In this document: one piece after another, positions 52,803-64,000 of the stretch
How the letters are laid out: every line of letters starts with the position of its first letter
How positions within the stretch are numbered: the first letter of the stretch is position 1
From: Octopus sinensis
Taxonomy: Eukaryota
DNA length: 64,000 bases
Direction of reading: 5' to 3'
NCBI RefSeq assembly: GCF_006345805.1
Contig: NC_043001.1
Location: 80,166,001 to 80,230,000 of the forward strand
Translations under genes and position numbers: made by a program
Notes under the pieces: model-generated
The model's database searches: none
What the model saw: only the letters and a program-made list of their open reading frames with translations
What the model was told of the DNA's origin: nothing

Positions 52803-53435
52803 CGACGGCCTTCTTTCAGTTTCCGTCGTCCAAATCCACTCACAAGGCTTTGGTCGGCTCGAGGTTATAGTAGAAGTCACTTGCACAAGATACCACGCAA
52901 TGGGACTGAACTCGGAACCGTGTGGTTGGGAAACAAGCTTCTTACCATACAGCCACTCCTGTGCCTATCTGTATGTTTTAGTCTCAAACATCTTTTCAAA
53001 TATTAACTATAAAAGGAATTAATATAATATAGGTTTCAAATATTGGCACAAGGCCAGCAGTTTCGGAAGTGGGACTATGTCGGCTACATCGACTATAGTA
53101 CTCAACTGGTACTTATCTTATCGATCCCAAAAGGATGGAAGGCATAATCGACCTCGGCGGAATTTGAACCCAGAACGTGAAAAATTAATGTAACATTATG
53201 ATAAACTGCTCGTTAGCCACATTCACAACAACTGACAATAACATAATTGAATACACTTCAAAATGTGAATAACTAAATAAACAAAATTAAATATGACGGC
53301 GATGTACTTGCATAGCAAGTGACCTGATCTGAGATCGTGTGCTGGAACGAAGACAATTGCAGATTCGAAGGTGTTTATAAGCCATTTAAGAAACACACCA
53401 AAAACCGTTAGATTCACTTCAACGTTTAAATTTAA

Positions 53436-53486
53436 TTTGCCAAAATATTTTCGTCGCTTTGAGACTGCGACCTGTTCACTGACAAA
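53436..53486 (-). ncRNA. Type I hammerhead-like motif with compensatory G3-C8 core (GUGAACA)
   Basis: Minus strand: stem I TTTGTCA/TGGCAAA, GTGAACA plus G, stem II GTCGC/GCGAC, GAAA, palindromic stem III AATATT, UUU triplet. Confidence 0.65.
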
Positions 53487-54407
53487 ATTCCGTGCTGTTC
53501 AACGTGTTCACATATAGTAAGGGTAGTACCATGATAAGTAGTCAGCCGCTTGAAACTAGTATCCGTAACAAGAGTTCTCTGATTAGGTCTATGCAAATTA
53601 AAAGGAAGACTTGGATTGTAGCAAACGGGCGTTGAAACAGTTTTAGTAAAATAAGAGGCGGCAAACAATGTGTTGGAAGTACTGATATAGAGATTTTATC
53701 GCCGATATCTGCTGACGTTATGAACATATTTTTGACAATCGAGACTCATGGTCCGCATGCAACAAGAATCATGATGGAGGCATCGTAAATACCGTATTAA
53801 CAACAGCATCCTCTTTCAGTTGTCATAGCACTTCTTTGGGAATGGGATGATCGGGCACAGTTGTTTGGGCGTTAGAGAGTTGACGCGACTTACCGAATAT
53901 TTAATCTGTTGCGGCGATAACCTTTTTGAGAATATAAGACTTGACACTGAAGGCAACATACATACATGCACGCGCGCGCAGAAACGTACACAGGGAGGGA
54001 AGAGAGAGAGAGGGAGAGAGAGAGGGGGGAGAGAGAGATTACAATTTATTGAAACCGATTGATATACACACGTTCCCTCTCATACATATAAACAGAAATA
54101 TACTCACACACACAGATATAGATAGATCGATAGATAGATCATACTTACATACGTACATACGTACGTACATATGCATGCATACATACATACATACATACAT
54201 ACATACATACATACATACATACATACATAGACAGAGACAGACACACAGACAGACACACCCAAATAGACAGACAGTCAGACAGAAGGCAGACAGACAGACA
54301 GATGAATAGAAGGATAGGTAGACAGACAGACAAATTGACAAACAGATAAATAGATAGACAGACAGACAGACAGACATATAGACAGACAGACAGACAGGTA
54401 GATAGAC

Positions 54408-54469
<62 letters not shown>

Positions 54470-54795
54470 TGTGTGAGAGAAAAAACTTACAATTTATTAC
54501 TTGAGTCTTCTATAAAACAGAAATATTATTACATCCATAAACAGAAAACTGGCTGCAAATTATCTGATGTCAAATAAGTCAGTATCGAATCAGCAACGCC
54601 ATGCAGACGGCACCTACGCGGCTATGCCTAAACGTCTCTTACTTTCCTCTAATGTTTGATAATGGTTTTGGAAAGATACCCGCGCTTCTTCTACCTGTGG
54701 CTCTATTGCCAACCCAGCAGTAGTTCTTTTGAACCCTAGACAGTTTGTTATCCTCTCCTACTCAACAATAAACTAGTTGATATACGTTTCTAGTA

Positions 54796-55029
54796 GGGCG
54801 GCGAGCTGGCAGAATCGTTAGCACGCCGGGCGAAATGCTTAGGGGTATTTCGTCTGCCGCTACGTTCTGAGTTCAAATTCTGCCGAGGTCGTCTTTGCCT
54901 TTCATCCTTTCGGGGTCGATAAATTAAGTACCAGTTATGCACTGGGGTCGATATAATCGACTTAATCCGTTTGTCTGTCCTTGTTTGTCCCCTCTGTGTT
55001 TAGCCCCTTGTGGGTAGTAAAGAAATAGG
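54796..55029 (+). mobile_element. Full-length young SINE family A with TSD
   Basis: TSD tatacgtttctag at 54781-54793 and 55030-55042, tRNA-like head, B-box GAGTTCAAATTC. Confidence 0.92.
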
Positions 55030-55268
55030 TATACGTTTCTAGCAGGTATGTGTGAGTGAATTAATGAGTTGTCGTTAATGACACAAATCATGTTTAAATT
55101 AATGAACGGTCGCTATTCTTTTAACCCTTTCTTTTATTAAATATTTAATTAATTATCTTGTCATTATCTTTTAAATGAACTGAAGTCTCTTAAACATCAG
55201 CGGGTCTTTCGTTGTCGTCGAAGGCAGCATCAGCACCATCGTAGTCGTCGTCGTCGTTGTTGTAGTAA

Positions 55269-55312
<44 letters not shown>

Positions 55313-56626
55313 AATATGGTATTAGTAGTAGTTGGAGGAGGAGGAGGAGGAGGGGGAGGAAGAGATGGGGAAGAGAGGAGGGGAGGGGAGACGATCAGGA
55401 GGTTGTGGAGGTGTGGTAGTGGTAGTGGTGGTGGTGGTGGTGGTGGTGGTGGTAGTGGTGGTGGTGGTGGTGGTGGTTGTAGTGGTGGTGGTTGTAGTAA
55501 TAGGAGATGATGAAGTGGTGGTAGTACTAGTTGTAGTTGAAGTGGTGGCGCAGGCATTTATTTGGGTGTTTGGTGTAGAACTGGTGACGGGTGGGAGTAG
55601 TGTGGTGGTGGTGATGGCGGTGGAGTGGTCGTGTTGTAGTCGTAACGCTTCGGTGGTGGTGGTGGTGGTGGTGGTAGTTAGTGTCTCGCGTATTGTGGCA
55701 ATATGGGCTAAAGTTCATTTCAGATTCTGATCCCGCATGCTCTCCCTAAAAACAATAAACCTAAAAAAGAAAAAGAAAAAATGTGTAGGCAACGAGAAGA
55801 AACAGGGAGAATTAAGGTGATGGAGGAGAGAAGTAGGATGAGGGGGGAAAAGTGAGGGAATATCTTAATGGGGGGAGGGTAGTGTGAGATTACAAGTCGT
55901 GAGAAATTTGAGGTGAGAAACACGGCACAGGTGGTGAGTGGGGAATAACACCATGTGCACAGCACAGAAGACCCAGGTTGATATGTGACGTGGTGGAGGG
56001 CATGGCAGGAAGAAATGAAACTGAATTATTGCAGTTGTTGTCTGGGTTATTTTTGTTATTTATTTCGCAATCGAGATTATTTCTTTACATAATTTTGTTA
56101 CGCTTTTGGTTATGTTTTTTTTTTTTTGGTTTATTGTTTCCTTAGCTTTAATAGGTTTTTTTTTTTTGTTACATTTATTTAAAAAAAAAGGTATTTCCTC
56201 ATACCTCTCCCTCTTTCTCTTGTTCTTTTTCTATTCTTTAATAACAAACGCACGCACGCTCAAACCCAGGCATACGTACACCACACTTGTTTCAGTTATT
56301 GCACTGCTGCCGTGCTGGAGCACCGTATGAAGTGTTTAGTCGAACAAGTTGATCCTAGTACTCATGAGGTATTTATTTTATCAACCCCAAAAAGGATTAA
56401 AAAAAAAAGTTGACCCGAGGCGGATTTGAACTCATTGCGTATTAAACCGAAAGAAATGGTGCTATGCAATTTGACCGACGCGCTAGCGATTTGTCAGCTT
56501 GGAATAATAATACTAATACTACTACTAATAATAATAATAATAACAACAACAACAACAATAATAATCGCCATTATTATCATTGCATCATCATCATCATCAC
56601 CATCATCATCATCACCATCATCATCA

Positions 56627-56676
<50 letters not shown>

Positions 56677-56925
56677 TCCCTGTTTTTATAAATCTCATTG
56701 GAAATTAAACTCAATTTCACTGTTTTAAAGAAATAAACAACTATAACACCCCATCGCAAAAACAGCAAAAATAGCAACAAAAAAAAAGAAGAAAATTAAC
56801 AAAATTTGAAAATTGGGACTTCACAAGCATTTTGTGCGCATCCCATTAATCACTTATCTTGTAATTACCTCTTTCCTTCATCATCATCATCATCATCATC
56901 ATCATAAACATCATCATCATCATCC

Positions 56926-56957
<32 letters not shown>

Positions 56958-57083
56958 GTCATCATCATCTTCATCATTAAATTTTTCTTCTTTCTCCACT
57001 ATTTTTTCTACTCTTTCCTCTTCCTGCAGCTCATCCTCAACATCATCTTCTTCCTCATCCCCAATGCCAACCCCACCACCACC

Positions 57084-57117
<34 letters not shown>

Positions 57118-59647
57118 TTATCACCACCACCACCGACCTCTATCATTATTATCATTACCATCGTTATCGTCGTCTTCGTCGTTATCATCCTCCCCTACCA
57201 CTCCTCCTCCCATTCCCCTTCTTCCTCATCATCATCATTACTATCATCTCATTATTGTTATTAAACCTTTTTTTTCTTTTTACACGGTGCTTTGGCTGTT
57301 TGGTAGAGTGACGTACAAAATTAACCTTCTGATTAAAATACTTTAGTTACGTCTAATTAGGTACCAAGTTCAAATCCCAACGCAGTCACCTTCATCTTGT
57401 CCTTGCTGTTGTTTTAACCGCAGGTTAAGCTGCTTAGAAATCCTCCAGTCGTGACCAAGCCATCTATTATACAACCATATTATTACGTGAACAGCATTTC
57501 TTGTCTCGTTTGCCCCTTTCAAAACACTAGAGAGAAAATTTGGCTACTAATTCTAGCAGGTCGAAGAACAGCATAGAGATTAACTCATTGACTCGTATTA
57601 AAATCATTTCTCATGCTTTTCTGTTCTTTTTTTTTTACAAATCCCATTTTAAGTTCAATCAATTTAAATTTAAAAGGAAAGCAGAAAAAAGTAAGAGAGT
57701 GAGAGAACGAAAGATAGGAGAATAAAGATTAATAGAGAGAAAATTTTTAATGGTCCATGCATTTACGTTTCGAAGGAAAGGTAAAAAAAAAAAAAGGTAC
57801 CAGTAAAATACTAGTACCTCGATAAAAATGATGGTGATCCTATGACACATGTATCAACTGTGACATTCCACGGGATGTTAGGTTAAATGCGAAGAACATA
57901 AAGGGAAACCTCTGTATAATGTTATGGGAAGATAAAAAACATTTACCCCAACTTATAATAATCCCCCTTCCGGAAAATATTGTCATGCGTCTATGTACAA
58001 CACGCGGAAAGATTATTGTTACTTGTTTTTAAGGATGGTGGATTAGCAAAATCATTAGAACGTCTAATGAAGTACTTTTAAACATTTGTTCTGGTTCTGA
58101 GTTCAAATCTAATTCTCAACTTTACCTTTTCATCCCCACGGGGTCAATGAAATAAACGCTAGTTGAATAGTGGGGTCGATATGATCGATTATTCCCTTAC
58201 CCAAAGTTTTAGGCCTTGAGCCTATAGAAGGAACATTTTTTTTTTTTGTAAGGTGGTGAACTGCCAGGATCGTTAAAATATGGGATAAAATATTTTGTTG
58301 TGTTTATTCCGGTTCATTCCTCTTTGAATTAATATCTGGCAGGAGTCAACTTTGACTTTTGTTATTTTGGAGTCAATGTAATCGACAAAACTATCCCCAC
58401 ACAATTTATGAGCTTTTACTTACAATCGTGGTCAATAGTTTGGGACATAGATCGGAAAATTAGAATTTTTATATTAAATGACCAAAATTACATTTAATTT
58501 ACAATATATTATTACTTGGTCAAAAGTTTGGAACATAGGCCTGAAAGTTTTTTTTCTCCTAGATATTGAATCATTAGATCAATTATTAGGTAAGTATATC
58601 TCTACGTTGTATTCATATGAATCGAATTGCACATGGGCAATGATCCAAACTTTTGGCCATGATTGTATTTTAGAACCAATTATTATTTAAGTGTAAAATT
58701 AACGATTGATATAGAATCCTAAAAACATTGGCTGTAATTGTTTGTTTTTTCTCTTCGTTTCTGTTTTTGGTTCGAATCCTCCTGAGGTTGACTTTACATT
58801 TCATCCCTTCCAGCGTCAAGGCATTCTGTATTTTTCCTCGATTGCTATTTGTTGTTCGTGGTCATGTTGTTAAATGATCATTCTCAAGATGCCAAGTAAG
58901 ATGACTGCGTGTGAGCAGCAGAATCAGCAACATTAGTCAATATGTCGGAGTAGTCCTTCGATCAGGTTTCGCATGATCTTTGTATATCGTGAGCAATTGT
59001 AAACAAGCTGAAGGATTTTCTAGCCCTTATGGAAAAGGTATGTGGCCCCAGCCGCGCTAAGGATACACCTCACCCGTCATTTTCTCACCTCACCTCTCTT
59101 TCACTCTCTCCTTTCCTCCTCTCTCCCTCTCTGTCTGTCTGCCTGTCGCTCTCTCTCTCTTTCTCTCTCTCTCTCTCCCTCTCTTTACTTTCCGTAAAAC
59201 TGGATTTAATTTCGATGGCTTGCATATGTATTTTTAATAGGTTCCGGCAGATTTGAACGTAAATGCACTAATCGCTGAGGTGCTTCGTTTCAGTAGAACA
59301 ACCTATTCTTTACGACGAATGAGTGTTCATAACACTCTCGATTCATTAGTACAAATGAGATTTGTTAATAAAGAAAACACTTGGATTGATTTCGAGGACT
59401 GTATATGATCCCTACTCAATTTTAAAGAGATTAGATACGATTATATTTTCTTCATATGATCACATTACAAGACGCTTTCGAGGTTTCTGTTCATGGAGTC
59501 TGTGCAGGTTTAGTCTGACGTGTGTAGGTGCTTGGCTAGTAAATATTAGGGAAGAGTAAAGGGCAGTACTATCTGCACAAGTCTATGTGTACATGGGTCG
59601 TTAATATGTAGAATAGAAGAGAGTGCGAGACAAACCGAACCTTAAGG

Positions 59648-59908
59648 CAGTGCTTTTCAAACTATCTGATGTGGCGCACCGGCAGTTTTTTTTTCCAATG
59701 TGCCAGGAACCGGTAACATTTCTTAGTAATATCAATTTATACAGGAAACAATATATATAATAAATATAATTAAAGTTGACAATTCTTTTAATCTTATATT
59801 TATTTTGTAAACGAATAATACAATATTACATAAGCAGTTTATAAGCAATTTATAACTTTTCTTTCCTTTCTGGAAACTTGCCGCGTACCACCACTTTGAG
59901 TAGCACTG
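59648..59908. mobile_element. hAT (Charlie-like) MITE
   Basis: TIRs CAGTGCTTTTCAAA and TTTGAGTAGCACTG, with 8-bp flanks ccttaagg and ccctaggg (decayed TSD). Confidence 0.75.
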
Positions 59909-60024
59909 CCCTAGGGTACACTACAATAATAGATGGAGAGCTTCTTTAGCAGAAGCCTTGATAATGTGATCTTGTAGGAAGCTGCTGATGCAACAGGTGA
60001 GTGATGGGTGAAAAACCTATTCTT

Positions 60025-60403
60025 TTATTTGTCATTTGACTGCAGCCATGCTGGAGCACCACCTTTAGTCGAAAAAAAAAACGAAACCCAGGACTTTTTT
60101 TGTAAGCCTAGTATTTATTCTATCGGTTTCTATTGGCGAACTGCTTAGTTACATTTACGTAAGCACACCAACATCGGTTGTCAAGCGATGGTGGGGGTGG
60201 GGGTACAAATACAGACACACAAATATATACATATATATATATATATATATACAATGCAACGGGCTTCTTTCAGTTTCCGTCTACCAAGACTTTGGACGGC
60301 CCGAGGTTATAATAGAAAACACTTTCTCAAGATGTCACGCAGTGGGACTGAACCCGGAACCAAGTGGTTGGGAAGCAATCTTCTTACCACTCAGCCACTC
60401 CTA
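60025..60403 (-). mobile_element. SINE family B copy
   Basis: Reverse complement of the family B consensus. Confidence 0.85.
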
Positions 60404-61269
60404 TAATTTCAGTGGGATATTAGCCTAGATGATGTCGAGGACAACAATATTTCTTTCACCAAATGTCTATAGAGCGAGAGCTTATTTCATTGATACAAGA
60501 GAGCAGATCTCCAGCAGGATCAGTTTTACTTTTATTCAGGTAGTGTTAAGTGTGTCGAGAATGACGTTACCCAATGTATCTCTCTTTCGTTTCTCAAGTC
60601 CAATATTTTTTTCAAATCTTTCATTTTTTTTTATCCTTACTATAAACCTTGCTATAAACCTTACTTTAAACCTTGCTATAAATCCTAACCAATAATCTAA
60701 AATTTGATATTAAATGCATAGTCTAACTCTACATTGTCACTCTAAATGCTGCTCCTAAACGCTTACTCTCATCTCAAACCCCCCACCACCATCACAATCG
60801 CAATTTCCAATGTTTAAAACAGAAATCAGAAGATATTTTCCAAGAGGAAAAACAAAGAATAAAATTGTCATGTGGTGAGCTAATTTTACTCCTCCGCATC
60901 CCATCAAATAAAGTGTAAAAGAATTGCTTGGAGGTCAGTTCTAATTATTTAATTTGGTGATAATTTAATATGATATCCAGAATTCCTTTAAATCTTAAAA
61001 TCAAAATTTTATAGCAAGCAATTCAAAATAATTTAAATAAAAAAAATTAAATAATACAGTGAAATTCTGAATATTCACAGAGATGTAAAGAGAAATAAAA
61101 AATATTCTGTGAACGAAATGGTATTTTGTTCTGTGGCATTACTTTTTAATTCGAAACACCTCCGAGGGCCTACTTTGCATTATATTCATCTGGCATCGAT
61201 TAAATAAAAGCACCAATCAAATACTAGAATTGATTTCACGGACTGATGCTTTTTCGTTAAAATGTTAAG

Positions 61270-62045
61270 CCTTGAAACGATGTATGCATCATGCTTAATG
61301 TATACATCCTGTCAATGGGCCACTTATTGGCGTATTTGCTCCGAGACAACATCTATTATGGACGTGCTGCTTTTAGAATACAATAAATATCAGAGGACAA
61401 AATTTTGTCCCAGCAACGGCCTGCGAGACGCCAGATGCATTTCCATGTTTTTAGGCCTTTTGAATGGCGTGTACTCCCAGCCAACCAAAGGCACGGACGA
61501 GAATTGGTCGCTTCTGATATACGAAAAAAAATGAAAAAATATTCACTGTTGTTGCAAACAGGTGCTCGGCTGAATGAAAATCCGGTATAAGCAATTGCGA
61601 CGATACTAAATTAAAATAACCATTTGCTGAATCATACTTAATATATATACACTGTCTATAAACCACTTATTGCGGTATCTGTCCTGAAATAACATCTCTT
61701 ATGAACATGTGTTAAAAACACAATAAATATTAGTGGTTGACAAAACCCCGTTTTGGTAGCAGCAAGGAGGATACCAAATACATTTCGGCTTTTTACGACT
61801 TTTTCAATGGCTGTAACTCAAAGCCAGTCACATAATCGAACGAGAATTCGTCGCCTCTGATACAGGAAAAAGTGAATAAAACAGTTACTCATGTTATGAG
61901 TAACCAAGCGACGACTAAAAATCCAGTATATGCAATTGAGGTACTATTGAATTTAAATAGCTATTTGTGTATCGTACTTAATGTATATCCACTATTGATA
62001 GGCCATTTACTGTGTGATTTTGTATGAGAAATGTTCAGCGGAATA
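61270..62045. repeat. Ancient degenerate tandem repeat, period ~343 bp (~2.3 units)
   Basis: Anchors gagaatt.gtcgc.tctgata near 61500 and 61842, and cttaat.tata near 61294, 61637 and 61977. Confidence 0.7.
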
Positions 62046-64000
62046 AACAGCGACAATGTAAGTCAAACATCAGCGACAGAAAAACTAATTCCAATATCAG
62101 AAGGAATTTGTTTAGTGACTCGAGAAAACATCAACATATTCTGTCACTACCAGTATCGTCATCGAAGTAATCACTTTGTGGTAGCTAAATCTGCTGGAAA
62201 TAACACACTAATTACTTCAAATCGCACCCTATCGTCATAAAAATGGACACATCCAATAATATATTCTTAGTACAATATGACTGAAATAAGAATAAGAAGT
62301 AATGGTCGTGGCTGGAGTGCTTTACTAAGTCATGGATAATCTATTGTAGGTCGATCAAAAACAACGGCCACCTCTACCACCAACTACATATCTACAACTA
62401 CCACCCCAAGGATAGTGATACGGTGTTAAGACAAAATCAAGATGACTGCTTAGGGGATGAAAAATGATTTGCATCCAGTATAATTGGGGATATTATCTGC
62501 AAGGCACATTGATAACATAAGTTCAAACACTCAGGCACATCATTGAATGTCTTCTTTTTTTTGTTGTTTATATACGTACGAGTCAGTATTATTGTTTGTA
62601 AACATGCATGTATATATGCACATGCATTGCAGTTTATATGTAAATATAAATGAGAGAAAGAAAGAGAAAGAGAGTGTGTGAGACAGAGAGACTGAATGCA
62701 CATTTCTTTGAATATACACAATAATATAAAGATATCTCTATACAACATATTCAGCTGCTATAAAGCCGACATCTGAATAAATGTGTTTGTAAACATGTGT
62801 GTGTGTGTGTGTGTGGTGTGTGTGTGTGTGTGCGTGTGCGTGTGTGTGTGTGTGCGTGCGTGCATGTGTGTGTGTGTGTGTATACATGCATATATATTAC
62901 AGTCATCTATGCATCTGGCTGGCTATGCATACATTTACCCATATGAGTGTGTGTATACATACATATGTGAATCTGTGTGTGTATATACATATATTTATAT
63001 ATATATATACATAGACAAACTTATATCGATATATGTTTGTATAAGCATACATAAGCATACATACATGACGTAAAAACAATAATGTATGTGTATGATTGTA
63101 TGTGTATATAATTTGATTATATCACTGTCTAACTTTTATGAAATAACGTTTAATAGAATTTGTATGTTTGTCTAGAGTTGATTCGATATTTCGGACAAAC
63201 ATAAATTCTATTAAATCGGATTCAACAAGGAGAATATGATAACATAACAACAAGAAGAACAACAAGAACGACAATAATAATAATAATAATAATATAATAA
63301 TAATAATTCGATCGTGACTCCTATGGTTGTGATGGTTATGATGATGACCGATGATCACGATGATGAATGCCGTTATTCCTTTCAAATATATATATAATAT
63401 CGTTTCATGTATGATATCATTGCAGCGATGCAAAAGAATAGAAAAATCTCATGTGATATTATGAAACCATTAACTTACAACCATTCTTTCTGTTTCGTAA
63501 ATATATATGTTTTTACTTAATTATTAGTTATTATTATTATTATTATTATTGTTGTTGTTGTTGTTGTTATATTTGTATTTATCATAGCCACTGATCGAAG
63601 AATCAGTAAAGCGATTGGTCAAAATACTTTGCGGTATTTTAGTTAACTTCGATGTTATATTTTAAATTCGGTACAGTCGATCTTTGTATTTTAGTTTCCC
63701 AGGGTTCCAGAGTTCCAAGGCTCACAAAATCCATCTTTCTATAGACACCATCATCATCAGTTTACCCCTGACTGGCGACATGCGCTGATCTCTGTTTTTG
63801 CCTACCATTTTTATATTCTCCCTCCAAATTTGTATTCACGCATTAATGTAAGAACTTCGATGCCTTGTGTATAAAATTCCTTAATAGGCAACATACTCTC
63901 ACCAAAGAATCATTGTGGGCGAGTACAAAGATGTTTCCTTGCTGCAGTCATCCGAGTTTCTTTTTTTTTTTTTTTTTCACAAGACATTACCTAGACGACC

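Overview
AT-rich, microsatellite-saturated eukaryotic non-coding DNA (intronic or intergenic). The SINE repertoire and the (TA)n/(GATA)n/(ATT)n density resemble octopus (cephalopod) genomes; this is an inference from pattern recognition, not a database result. I find no intact protein-coding gene, and nearly all long ORFs in the track are translated simple repeats. Decayed transposons are recognisable: two Tc1 remnants, an R4/Dong-type LINE, three RTE-like LINE pieces, a Penelope-like (PLE) GIY-YIG remnant, Helentron/Helitron-type non-autonomous elements, pogo-like and hAT MITEs, and many tRNA-derived SINEs. The main unexpected signal is about eight type I hammerhead-ribozyme-like motifs from at least six unrelated short non-coding families. 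They have minimal palindromic stem III (PLE-type), some have very long stem II loops, and some have non-canonical cores (G3-C8 swap, A6U, U4C). Several lie within near-perfect fold-back (hairpin) insertions in (TA)n tracts. Other notable items: repeated insertion of a young SINE at one site of older relatives, an 850-bp terminally redundant element, and a candidate 198-bp exon encoding a PRXamide-like neuropeptide. Coordinates were read by eye and element boundaries are approximate.
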